Shown here: positions 15,266 through 24,731 of the stretch, one piece after another
How the letters are laid out: each line of letters begins with the position of its first letter
How positions within the stretch are numbered: position 1 is the stretch's first letter
IMG/VR virus record: IMGVR_UViG_3300042465_006773
Length of the DNA: 64,000 bases
Reading direction: 5' to 3' (one strand)
Source of the DNA: a virus
Position numbers and translations under genes: made by a program
The notes under the pieces: generated by a model
Told to the model about the DNA's origin: nothing
Databases searched by the model: none
What the model saw: the letters and a program-made list of their open reading frames with translations, nothing else

Positions 15266-16294
15266 ATGGCAGATTTAAAACCATTGGGTAGTGAAAAACT
15301 CAAAGCGGATGAAAAATTAAAAAGAATCCTTGAGTTAACATACTACGGTGAAAACAAAAATAAAACCATCACCGAATCTAAATCTTCAACAATGAAGACA
15401 GAATATATATCTGAATCCGTTAATGGGTTTAGATATGGTATTGTTAAAGAAAAAGATGGTTTCTATGTAAAAAAAGGTTTAAATGAAAGTTCATTAGATT
15501 ACATTGGTGGACTTTTTATGAAAAATAAAAATAGATTTAATTCATATGCTGAGGCACTTAAAAGATTACAACTATTAAGTGGCGGTGAATTAAATGAAGC
15601 AACAAAATATGTTTTAAAACAAAAACCTTCAACACCTGAAGGTGATATGGGAGCATTACCACCAGCACCTGAAGGTGATATGGGTACGGATTTACCACCG
15701 GCACCTGAAGGTGATATGGGAGCATTACCACCAGCACCTGAAGGTGATATGGGTACGGATTTACCACCGGCACCTGAAGGTGATACGGCAATGGGAAATG
15801 AGGGTTCACCTAAACCGTCGGATTATATGACGGAAGTGCAGAAATTTGCTGGTAAGTTGGGACAAGAATTAAGAGACCAAAAAGAAAAAATGGAAAGTGA
15901 CGATATTAAATATGTTTTAAACATGATAATATCCGCAGTTGATTTAGACAAACTCGATGATGAAGATATTGAAGAAATCGGTGGTAAATTTGATAGAGAA
16001 ATTGAGGATGACGCAACAATGGGAGATAATATGGATGACGAAACCTTACCAGCAGACGATGAAACCGTTCCTGAAGAACCTGCAGGTGATGAGGAATTAG
16101 GTGAAATGATGGGTATGGATAAACTTGAGTCTTTTATTAATCAACCAATTGAAACTGGTGAGATAGATTTGTCAAAATATGCCGATTTAGGAAAAGGGAC
16201 AAACGAGGAAGATTTAAAAGAGATTGATTTAGATGAAATTAAAAGTGAGATAAATAAAAGTATTGCTGAAACTTTAGGTAAATATTTCAAATAA
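15266..16294 (+). CDS. Acidic, Pro-repeat hypothetical head-associated protein
   Basis: Late motif at 15221; upstream of terminase; LNE/ITE/ISE motifs; PPAPEGDMG repeats. Confidence 0.65.
   Translation: MADLKPLGSEKLKADEKLKRILELTYYGENKNKTITESKSSTMKTEYISESVNGFRYGIVKEKDGFYVKKGLNESSLDYIGGLFMKNKNRFNSYAEALKRLQLLSGGELNEATKYVLKQKPSTPEGDMGALPPAPEGDMGTDLPPAPEGDMGALPPAPEGDMGTDLPPAPEGDTAMGNEGSPKPSDYMTEVQKFAGKLGQELRDQKEKMESDDIKYVLNMIISAVDLDKLDDEDIEEIGGKFDREIEDDATMGDNMDDETLPADDETVPEEPAGDEELGEMMGMDKLESFINQPIETGEIDLSKYADLGKGTNEEDLKEIDLDEIKSEINKSIAETLGKYFK
15633..15786 (+). repeat. 69-bp tandem repeat (about 2.2 copies) encoding PEGDMGALPPAPEGDMGTDLPPA
   Basis: Near-exact DNA duplication seen directly. Confidence 0.9.
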
Positions 16295-16295
16295 A

Positions 16296-16694
16296 ATGCG
16301 TCTTATTTATGTTAACGAAATAGGAACAGACTATAAAGGTCAAAAACAATACGAATTCATATTCAGCTTGTCTGGCGAAATAAATATGGATGAATGGTAT
16401 GATGTTCCCGCTTCTTCAACATTTACAACTAAATCCCCAAGTGTTGAATACATAGACCAAGTTGGTCTACTCAAAGATACGGATATTGTTTTTGAATTGA
16501 TACAAAATTCTGACTATTTTGGTATTATCGATGCTGTTGACGGTATAGTTGCAATGGCTTGGGAAAAAACAAATTTTGATTCAGAAAAAGATAGGTTATT
16601 TTTTAGATTTGGAGAAACCTATGAATTTATCACAAATAAATTAAAACAAAGAGGAATAACATTAGAAAATAAAAAAATAAAATATTATGAATAG
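16296..16694 (+). CDS. Hypothetical protein
   Basis: 132-aa ORF tightly coupled to its neighbours. Confidence 0.7.
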   Translation: MRLIYVNEIGTDYKGQKQYEFIFSLSGEINMDEWYDVPASSTFTTKSPSVEYIDQVGLLKDTDIVFELIQNSDYFGIIDAVDGIVAMAWEKTNFDSEKDRLFFRFGETYEFITNKLKQRGITLENKKIKYYE

Positions 16695-17454
16695 AAAAAT
16701 AATAATTGAAAAACTTTTAAAAGAAGGGTTTTCAGAAAAAACTCTTGTTAGTTTTAATGATAAACAACTTGTGACTTTATCAAAAACAGTTTTAAAAGAA
16801 GCTGTGATGATTAAAAAAGACAATGTAAAAGATATCGCAGCAGCTAAAGCTGCTGGTAAAACTATTGAAACTTACGAGTCAAAACATAAAGATGTAAATG
16901 AAAAGTGGAAAGGTGATGTTAAAGTTAAGAAAACAGGAGAACATGCAGATAAAACTGTATCTGAATTAAAAAAAGAACTTAATTCTTTAAAAGAAAAAAG
17001 TAAAAAATATCAAGACGAAGGTAAAAAAGTTCCTAAAAAAATTATAGACCAAGAAGCGGAATTGAAATTTGCTATTAGAGCAAAACAAGGGTGGAAGAAA
17101 AAAATGAATGAAAATGTTTCCGAAATTGAAGAATGGGTTTTAGATTTAACCGAATCAAAGTATTCTCAATTTACATCAAAAAATGATATCATGAAAATTA
17201 TAAATGAAAAAATGGAAACGTTTCAACCGATGCCTATGTCAAAACCAAAAAAAGGTCACAACGGTATTCCTGAGTTTATGACTTACGATGCAATTGTTGG
17301 TAATCAACCGGCTCCATCACCAAATCCATCTCAACCTGATGTACTTCCCGATGCACCACCAAAAGAGAAAGATAAACCAAAACCAAAAACACCTTATCAA
17401 CCGGGTCCGGGGGTTGACCCTAAACCTAAAGCATTAAGAGAAAAAAAATATTAG
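16687..17454 (+). CDS. Hypothetical Lys-rich protein with Pro-rich C-terminus (possible internal head protein)
   Basis: ORF with multiple LKE/VNE/MNE/LTE/INE motifs. Confidence 0.65.
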   Translation: MNRKIIIEKLLKEGFSEKTLVSFNDKQLVTLSKTVLKEAVMIKKDNVKDIAAAKAAGKTIETYESKHKDVNEKWKGDVKVKKTGEHADKTVSELKKELNSLKEKSKKYQDEGKKVPKKIIDQEAELKFAIRAKQGWKKKMNENVSEIEEWVLDLTESKYSQFTSKNDIMKIINEKMETFQPMPMSKPKKGHNGIPEFMTYDAIVGNQPAPSPNPSQPDVLPDAPPKEKDKPKPKTPYQPGPGVDPKPKALREKKY

Positions 17455-17457
17455 ACA

Positions 17458-18786
17458 ATGAAGTTTTTAAAAAAAGATTTATTACGTATATTAAGTGAAA
17501 ACTTACATGAGATGCCAATGGATTTTGATACACCTGATAGACCATATCAAGGATTACAAGACAAATTAGCACAAGGAGACACTCCACTAAAAAAGATTCC
17601 ATTACCGTCAACCGGTGAAGAACCTAATAAAAATTTTCAAGAATTACTTGCATCTGAAAGATACAGACAAGTAGTTGCTAAAGTTAGAGAATATACGGGA
17701 GTTGATGCACCAATGCGAGGTGAAGAAAATATTATGCCGTTGGCTCGAATGATGATGTTAGCACATGATGAAATTATCCAAACTGAACGGGCACATAAAG
17801 AAGAATTAGAAAGACTTGCAGTTGAATTAGTAATGAAAGAAATGGGTATTCCTGAAGGGGCCCTACAATTTGATGCGAAGATTGTTGGTATGGGTGAAAT
17901 TGATACTCAGAATTTTAATCGAGAAATGCAACAACAACCAAATATTGAACCTGTCGACATTGAACAAGATTTGATGAGTGATTTGGAATCAATGACAATG
18001 GAAAAGGCGAAGAGAAGATTAATTAATAATATGATACAAGGGGCATCTAAAAAAGGTCACTACATGTATCATTATGTTGCAGATAAGATTAGAGAGATTA
18101 CGGGTTCTGACAGAATTATTGGACAATATGGTATTTTGATGTCAATCAACGATACGTTGTACTGGCAATTAAGTGATGAGACCATGAAGATGATGATGGG
18201 TGGGCCTGAAGGTGGTGGTTCTGTTGGGGGTAAGGAAGAGGTAAGAAGAAATACTAATCCACCGACAATCGTTGCGAGAGGTGTTAATTTTCCGATTCTT
18301 GTTCATGAGTTAATTAAGGGTGTTATGGAATTGTTTGCGATTCAAGGAAGACCTACAGATGAAGAAGGTAATGAAGATACAGAAGCGTGGTCAGAAATTG
18401 AGGGTTCTGAGGACACTCTTGAAAAAGAAATGTGGGATTTACGTTTAGGACCAGCAATTTGGGAAAGAATTAGGTCTCAGTATCCTGAAAATCTTTTAAC
18501 TGATGAAAATAAAATAGAATTACAAAATTATTTATTGGTTGAAATATTTAAATTACCAGCAAAACAATTTTTGGTGTTTATGAGAGAGGTTATATCGGGT
18601 TCAGATGGTGGTAAACGTTTAATGAACGAATTGATGGATGGTATAGATAAATTGCTTAAAAACCAAGATTATCAAGATGCTATTGATGCATTTAACGAAG
18701 ATTTAAATGACATTACAGATAATACAGATGATGATGATTTATCTGATTTCTTAGGTGGTTTAGGTATTAGATTATCCGACGATTAG
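17458..18786 (+). CDS. Hypothetical helical protein upstream of terminase
   Basis: 442-aa ORF with an acidic tail; no motif recognised. Confidence 0.7.
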   Translation: MKFLKKDLLRILSENLHEMPMDFDTPDRPYQGLQDKLAQGDTPLKKIPLPSTGEEPNKNFQELLASERYRQVVAKVREYTGVDAPMRGEENIMPLARMMMLAHDEIIQTERAHKEELERLAVELVMKEMGIPEGALQFDAKIVGMGEIDTQNFNREMQQQPNIEPVDIEQDLMSDLESMTMEKAKRRLINNMIQGASKKGHYMYHYVADKIREITGSDRIIGQYGILMSINDTLYWQLSDETMKMMMGGPEGGGSVGGKEEVRRNTNPPTIVARGVNFPILVHELIKGVMELFAIQGRPTDEEGNEDTEAWSEIEGSEDTLEKEMWDLRLGPAIWERIRSQYPENLLTDENKIELQNYLLVEIFKLPAKQFLVFMREVISGSDGGKRLMNELMDGIDKLLKNQDYQDAIDAFNEDLNDITDNTDDDDLSDFLGGLGIRLSDD

Positions 18787-18810
18787 TCCGTTTAAATGAC
18801 TAAAAAAAGA

Positions 18811-18836
18811 AAGGGGGACTTATGTCCCCTTTTTTT
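18811..18836 (+). terminator. Intrinsic terminator
   Basis: AAGGGGGAC-TTAT-GTCCCCTT followed by a T-run. Confidence 0.8.
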
Positions 18837-18848
18837 ATATTTATATAT

Positions 18849-20621
18849 ATGAGTAATCAAAAAATAGAACAACTAAAGGAGTATGCTAAAATTATCAAAG
18901 ACACCCCTTATGCATTAAAAACGTATTTACAAACTTACGATAATACGCAAAAAAGATTCGTTCCGTTGGAGTTATTTCCTGACCAAATACAATTATTAGA
19001 GGATTACGAAAAATACAATGAGAATATAACGAGAAAATATAGACAGGCTGGTGTAACAACGGTTACCGCTGCTTGGATTTCAAAAAAACTTCAAACAGCA
19101 AAAAAAGATAATCCTGAAAGGGTATTGATAATAGCAAACAAAAAAGACACTGCGGTTGAAATGGCTAACAAAATTAGGGCGTTTATTGAACAATGGCCCG
19201 ATTGGGTTAATGTTGGTTTTTCACCGGATAAAAATTCAGAAAGTAGATTTAGATTAAACAACGGTTGTGAAGTAAAAGCAGTGGCAACATCTGCAGATGC
19301 GTTAAGAGGTTACACACCAACGATATTGATTTTTGACGAAGCGGCATATATTGAGGCCGGTGAAGATTTTTGGGCAGCATCTATGGCATCATTGTCTACG
19401 GGTGGTAAGATTATTCTTATTTCCACACCAAATGGTTTTGACCCAATTTATTACGGTGTATACGACCAAGCTATTAGAGGTGTTAACGATTTTCATATAA
19501 CTGACTTAAGATGGTTTAAAGACCCGAGATACACAAAAGATTTAAGATGGGTTAAATGTAGTGATATTGTTCACTATATGTTAAATAGAGAACAATATGA
19601 CGATGATGAGATTGTAATGACCGATTTTGAAATCGAAAATTACAAACAGTATGAAGAGGAAGGATATAAACCTTTATCTTCTTGGTTTGAGTCAATGTCT
19701 AAAAAATTCAAATTTGATAGAAGAAAAATTGCTCAGGAATTGGAGTGTGATTTTCTTGGTTCGGGGGATGGTGTGATTCCAACAGAAGTGCAAGATAACA
19801 TTGTCAAAAACATGTTGAGGGACCCAAAAGAAAAGTACATGCAAGGTACTTTTTGGCAATGGAAAGAACCTATACAAGGCCATAAATACATAATGGGTGT
19901 TGATGTTAGTAGAGGTGATAGTGAGGATTTTTCATCAATAAACATTATTGATTTTGATGAAAGAGAACAAGTTGCAGAATATATTGGTAAAATACCGCCT
20001 GATGATTTAGCATCTATCGCTTATAAATGGGGTGTTCTTTACGAAGCGTTTATTGTTGTTGATATTACTGGTGGGATGGGTGTTGCAACATCAAGAAAAC
20101 TACAAGAATTAAATTACAAAAATCTCTATATTGATGGTATTAACACAAAGAATATTTGGGAATATAATTCTAAAGCAATGGAAAAAATACCCGGTATTAA
20201 CTTCAATAATAAGAGAACACAAATTGTGGCAGCGTTTGAAGAACAATTGAGAAAAGGGTTTCAAGTTAGGTCCGCAAGATTAATGAATGAATTAAATACG
20301 TTTGTTTATATCAATGGTAGACCAGACCACATGAAAGGTGCTCATGATGATGCTATCATGAGTATGTCTATGGCTCTATATGTTGGTGATATTTCTTTTG
20401 CTCAACTAAGTAAAAATGAAAATGCAAATAAGGCGATGCTAGAATCGTGGACAATATCTGAGAGGACATATGAACCAAATAAATCATTTTATTCATATGG
20501 AACATCATTTGACCAAATTGGTTCAATGTCATCGGATGGTAATCCTATTTTTCAACAAAACAATAATGCAACAAAAGAACAATATAAACAATATTCTTGG
20601 TTATTTGGTAAACAACGTTAA
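18849..20621 (+). CDS. Terminase large subunit (T4 gp17-like)
   Basis: Q motif LFPDQ, Walker A-like KYRQAGVTT, LIFDEAAY, ISTPNG, QELECDF, nuclease GVDVSRG and HDDAIMS. Probable ATG at 18849. Confidence 0.95.
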   Translation: MSNQKIEQLKEYAKIIKDTPYALKTYLQTYDNTQKRFVPLELFPDQIQLLEDYEKYNENITRKYRQAGVTTVTAAWISKKLQTAKKDNPERVLIIANKKDTAVEMANKIRAFIEQWPDWVNVGFSPDKNSESRFRLNNGCEVKAVATSADALRGYTPTILIFDEAAYIEAGEDFWAASMASLSTGGKIILISTPNGFDPIYYGVYDQAIRGVNDFHITDLRWFKDPRYTKDLRWVKCSDIVHYMLNREQYDDDEIVMTDFEIENYKQYEEEGYKPLSSWFESMSKKFKFDRRKIAQELECDFLGSGDGVIPTEVQDNIVKNMLRDPKEKYMQGTFWQWKEPIQGHKYIMGVDVSRGDSEDFSSINIIDFDEREQVAEYIGKIPPDDLASIAYKWGVLYEAFIVVDITGGMGVATSRKLQELNYKNLYIDGINTKNIWEYNSKAMEKIPGINFNNKRTQIVAAFEEQLRKGFQVRSARLMNELNTFVYINGRPDHMKGAHDDAIMSMSMALYVGDISFAQLSKNENANKAMLESWTISERTYEPNKSFYSYGTSFDQIGSMSSDGNPIFQQNNNATKEQYKQYSWLFGKQR

Positions 20622-20673
20622 TCGTTTATTTTAAACTAATTTTTATTTATATTCTTTTTAACTATTTATATAC

Positions 20674-22476
20674 ATGGCTGATAATTTAACAGTATTTCAA
20701 AGATTAACAAAAATATTTGGTTTTCCCGGTAAAGTAACTCCTGAAGAAGCACCATCTTTTAAATTCGATAAAGAAGAAATTTTAAAAACGAGTAGTAGAG
20801 AAGAATATGAAAAGGCGATGTTGCAGGCTCAACAAACTCAATACATTGCTGATAAATTTTCTAAACTTGACCAATCACTGTATAACCAATCTGTTTATTA
20901 TGAACCAAACAGATTATCAATGTATTATGATGTTGAGTCGATGGAGTTCACTCCTGAAATTTCAGCTGCTTTGGATATATACGCTGAAGAATCTACAACA
21001 TTATCTGAAAAGGGAAACTTACTAACAATCTTTTCGGAATCCGATAGAATTAAATCAACATTAGAAGATTTATTTGTAAACAGATTGGATTTAAACACTA
21101 ATTTACAAATGTGGGCTAGAGGTATGTGTAAATATGGTGACAATTTTGTTTATTTAAAAGTTGACCCAGAAAAAGGTATTATTGGTTGTCAACAATTACC
21201 AAATATTGAGATTGAAAGATTAGAGGGTAAGGAAAGTAAAACCCCTAATCAAATGGATACTATGCAAATGCCAAGTAGAGAACTCAGATTTCAATGGAAA
21301 AATAAAGAAATGGAGTTTCAGTCTTGGGAAATTGCTCATTTTAGACTATTAGGTGACGATAGAAAACTTCCTTATGGTACATCTATGTTGGATAAAATCA
21401 GGAGGATTTGGAAACAATTGTTACTTGCTGAAGATGCTATGTTGATTTATAGAACAACGAGGGCACCCGAAAGACGTGTATTTAAAGTTTTTGTTGGTAA
21501 TATGGATGACAAAGATATCGAACCATATGTACAAAGAGTTGCGAATAAATTTAAAAGGGACCAAGTTGTTGATTCAAGAAACGGTCAAGTTGATATGAGG
21601 TATAATCAAATGGCGGTAGACCAAGATTATTTTATTCCTGTTCGTGACCCGGCTCAAACAAATCCAATTGAAACATTACCTGGTGCTCAAAATTTGGGAG
21701 AAATTGCGGATATTGAATATATTCAGAAAAAAATGTTAGCCGCACTAAGAATACCAAAAGCCTTTTTGGGTTTTGAAGAAGTTGTTGGTGATGGTAAAAC
21801 ATTAGCACTAATGGACATTAGGTTCGCAAGAACAATTAATAGAATTCAAAAATCTTTAATACATGAGTTAAATAAAATCGCTTTAATTCATTTGTATTTA
21901 GTTGGATTAGAAGATGAATTAAATAATTTTTCATTATCTTTAACAAACCCATCCGCTCAGTCAGATTTATTAAGAATTGAACAATGGAAAGAAAAAATTC
22001 TCTTATATAAAGACGCCACTTCCGACCAATCTCAAATAGGTATATTACCCGTTTCACATACATGGGCAAAAAAGAATATCTTGGGTATGAGTGATAGTGA
22101 AGTTGTTTTAGATTTACAACAACAAAGATTAGAAAGGGCGATTGGTTTTGAATTAACTAATACTCAAATGGTAATAAAACGTTCGGGTGTTTTTGATGAG
22201 GTCGATTCCAAATATGGTATTCCCGAAAATGAGAGGGAGGCCGCAGCACAATCACCAGAAGGTGCTGAAGCAGGTGGGGGTATGGATATGGGAGCACCAC
22301 CAACACCACCTTCACCGCCGGCCGGTGGTGAGGCTCCGCTAAGTGAAAATAAAAAAATTAGATTAACAAATTTTTTAGGTGAATCTAACAATTTAGAAGA
22401 TTTATTTGATATTAATAAAGCACAACAGAATATTTATGAAATAGAAAATAAATTAAACGATATACTAAACCAATAA
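20674..22476 (+). CDS. Portal protein (T4 gp20-like)
   Basis: LLLAEDAMLIYRTTRAPERRVFKVFVGN, DYFIP, IETLPG, DIEY, LRIPK. Confidence 0.95.
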   Translation: MADNLTVFQRLTKIFGFPGKVTPEEAPSFKFDKEEILKTSSREEYEKAMLQAQQTQYIADKFSKLDQSLYNQSVYYEPNRLSMYYDVESMEFTPEISAALDIYAEESTTLSEKGNLLTIFSESDRIKSTLEDLFVNRLDLNTNLQMWARGMCKYGDNFVYLKVDPEKGIIGCQQLPNIEIERLEGKESKTPNQMDTMQMPSRELRFQWKNKEMEFQSWEIAHFRLLGDDRKLPYGTSMLDKIRRIWKQLLLAEDAMLIYRTTRAPERRVFKVFVGNMDDKDIEPYVQRVANKFKRDQVVDSRNGQVDMRYNQMAVDQDYFIPVRDPAQTNPIETLPGAQNLGEIADIEYIQKKMLAALRIPKAFLGFEEVVGDGKTLALMDIRFARTINRIQKSLIHELNKIALIHLYLVGLEDELNNFSLSLTNPSAQSDLLRIEQWKEKILLYKDATSDQSQIGILPVSHTWAKKNILGMSDSEVVLDLQQQRLERAIGFELTNTQMVIKRSGVFDEVDSKYGIPENEREAAAQSPEGAEAGGGMDMGAPPTPPSPPAGGEAPLSENKKIRLTNFLGESNNLEDLFDINKAQQNIYEIENKLNDILNQ

Positions 22477-22480
22477 TCAA

Positions 22481-23218
22481 ATGACAAATTTTGGAGAATT
22501 TAAATTAAAAATGTTAACTAAGTTAACTGATTTATATACATCAAAAAATAAAGTGGAATTAAAAAATACCATAAAATCAATCACATCAAATAAAACATTA
22601 TCCGAAATGTATACTTTCTATGAAAACATAGAAAATTTAAACATCACATCAAAAGATAAGGCCAAATTATATGTGGAATCAATCGAACCTATTTTGATTG
22701 AAAAAATGAAAACTATAAAGAAAGATTTGAAAAATTTCACTAAGAATTTAAAAGAAGTTGAGTTTGAAAAAAATTCTTTGTATGAAAATTTAGATATTCT
22801 TTCGGAAGAAAACACTATACACAATATATCCAAAAAAATAGATGCTAGAGAAAATTTAATTGAACATTTATTGAAGGAAAAAAAACGAGATGAAAAACCA
22901 AGTGAAATTCAAATAGAAAATCATTCACTGTTGAATGCAGTATTGGTTAATAATTTTAATATAAAATATTCGGATTTTTTAAGTGAGGAACAAAAAGAAA
23001 CATTTAATAAAATTGTTTCAATGCCCAATGATGAATTAATAAAAGAAACAAAAAACCTTAAAAAGGAATTGACTAACAAAATCGACTCTTTGATTAAAGA
23101 ATCGAGTGAGGATACGTTAAAAGATAAATTAAAAAATGTGATGTCAGAAATAAATAAATCTGACACCACAAAATTTGATTATTATAAACTTATTGAATTG
23201 AAGAATGGGTTACTATGA
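22481..23218 (+). CDS. Hypothetical helical head-module protein
   Basis: 245-aa ORF immediately after the portal. Confidence 0.7.
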   Translation: MTNFGEFKLKMLTKLTDLYTSKNKVELKNTIKSITSNKTLSEMYTFYENIENLNITSKDKAKLYVESIEPILIEKMKTIKKDLKNFTKNLKEVEFEKNSLYENLDILSEENTIHNISKKIDARENLIEHLLKEKKRDEKPSEIQIENHSLLNAVLVNNFNIKYSDFLSEEQKETFNKIVSMPNDELIKETKNLKKELTNKIDSLIKESSEDTLKDKLKNVMSEINKSDTTKFDYYKLIELKNGLL

Positions 23219-23410
23219 CCTATCTTCTTTGCTTTTAATTTTTTGTTTATAAATTGCTTTAAGTAATTTATCTCTTTTAGCCACGGAAGGTTTCACAAAC
23301 TCCTCTCTGTCTCTTAATTGTTCATTTTGTCTTGTTTTTTGAACCCTGTATTTATATTTTTTTAATGCGGATTCAATTCCTTTTTCTTTACTTACATTGA
23401 TTTTTATCAT
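23213..23410 (-). CDS. rpsU: Ribosomal protein bS21
   Basis: IESALKKYK...LRDREEFVKPSVAKR...KA matches bS21 (IExALxxFK...RExFxKPSxxR). Confidence 0.88.
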   Translation of the reverse strand: MIKINVSKEKGIESALKKYKYRVQKTRQNEQLRDREEFVKPSVAKRDKLLKAIYKQKIKSKEDRS

Positions 23411-23509
23411 AACTTTTTTTTTAAAAATATACGAAAAAAATTTTAAATTATTAACATTATTTCATATATTTTATAAACACCATAAAAATATTATATATGA
23501 TAAATAATA

Positions 23510-23935
23510 ATGAAAAAAGGAAAATTTATAGTAATTGGTTCACACAAGAGTGTAAAAATAGGTTACGGAACTGTAGATTATAAAAATTTAAAAACAATTT
23601 ACATACAATTAAACTCATGGATACAACCAACGTTGGATGAACAAGATTTTGATAAATTAATTTATAAAAGTAGAAAAAGAATAAAAGATAAAATCTATTT
23701 ACTTAATTCCGAGTTTTTCAAACCACAGTGTATTGTTGATTTGGACATAAAAACAAACGGAATTAAATTAAATAAAAGGTCTTTTATGGATTTAGAAATA
23801 ACCCTTTATGTTAGTAAACATTTTGATGTAAGGTCAAAAGAAATAAAAAATTACATTGCAAACCTATCAAAAGACATAATCGAAACAGTACTTGTTGACA
23901 AAACTTTTTATAATTTCTTCGATAAAAAGAATTAA
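23510..23935 (+). CDS. Hypothetical protein
   Basis: 141-aa ORF divergent from bS21. Confidence 0.7.
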   Translation: MKKGKFIVIGSHKSVKIGYGTVDYKNLKTIYIQLNSWIQPTLDEQDFDKLIYKSRKRIKDKIYLLNSEFFKPQCIVDLDIKTNGIKLNKRSFMDLEITLYVSKHFDVRSKEIKNYIANLSKDIIETVLVDKTFYNFFDKKN

Positions 23936-23968
23936 TCTTTTTCCGAAGTATTTATTATAAAAAGTTTA

Positions 23969-24652
23969 ATGAAGATATTGGGTCCTAATGATACCGGTAG
24001 AGGTATTCTTTTAGAATACGATGCTGGATATATTTCATACGAAGAAAATAAGAAAATAATTTCTGAAATGAGAGAAATGGATTTCTCTCAAGATATTATA
24101 TTGTTTGCTGTTTTACAAAAATATGATACACCAAACAAAAATGGTAGAATATATCCGGAACTTTTATTAAAAAGAGAAAACGAAAAATATCAAACATTAA
24201 TTAAAAAGGGTGGTGCTTTAAATGAATTAAATCACCCAAGTTCGTCTTTAATTGATTTAGATAGGGTTTCCCATTCAATTTTAGAGACATGGTGGGATGG
24301 TAAAATATTAATGGGTAAAATAAAACTTTTTACTTCACCCGCATGGAAAAAAATGGGTATCGTAAGCACAAAGGGAGACCAAGCGGCAATGTTAATTATG
24401 AATGGGGCAACACTTGGTATATCATCAAGAGGTGTTGGTTCATTAAAAAATGTAAAGGGACAAAATATCGTTCAAGATGATTTTGAATTAGTTTGTTTTG
24501 ATTTAGTATCATCTCCAAGCACCCCAGGAGCGTATGTTTTCTCAGACATAAATGACAGAGAGCAGTATCAAGAGTCATTGGATGAAAAACCAAAAGACGT
24601 TGATAAAATGAAAAATCTTATGTCAAGATTGGATAGTTTTTTATCAAAATAA
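23969..24652 (+). CDS. Prohead core protease (T4 gp21-like)
   Basis: NKNGRIYP, ELNHP, VSH, GISSRGVGS, FDLVSSPSTPGA. Confidence 0.95.
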   Translation: MKILGPNDTGRGILLEYDAGYISYEENKKIISEMREMDFSQDIILFAVLQKYDTPNKNGRIYPELLLKRENEKYQTLIKKGGALNELNHPSSSLIDLDRVSHSILETWWDGKILMGKIKLFTSPAWKKMGIVSTKGDQAAMLIMNGATLGISSRGVGSLKNVKGQNIVQDDFELVCFDLVSSPSTPGAYVFSDINDREQYQESLDEKPKDVDKMKNLMSRLDSFLSK

Positions 24653-24731
24653 ATTTTTTTACGTTTTTAACAACGTAACATAATATTTTTTACGAAAAAC
24701 AATATATTTATTATAAAACTATATTCATAAA

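Noticed and set aside
15558-15830. Repetitive alternative-frame ORFs (also 24767..25512)
   Set aside because: By-products of in-frame tandem repeats in the real genes.
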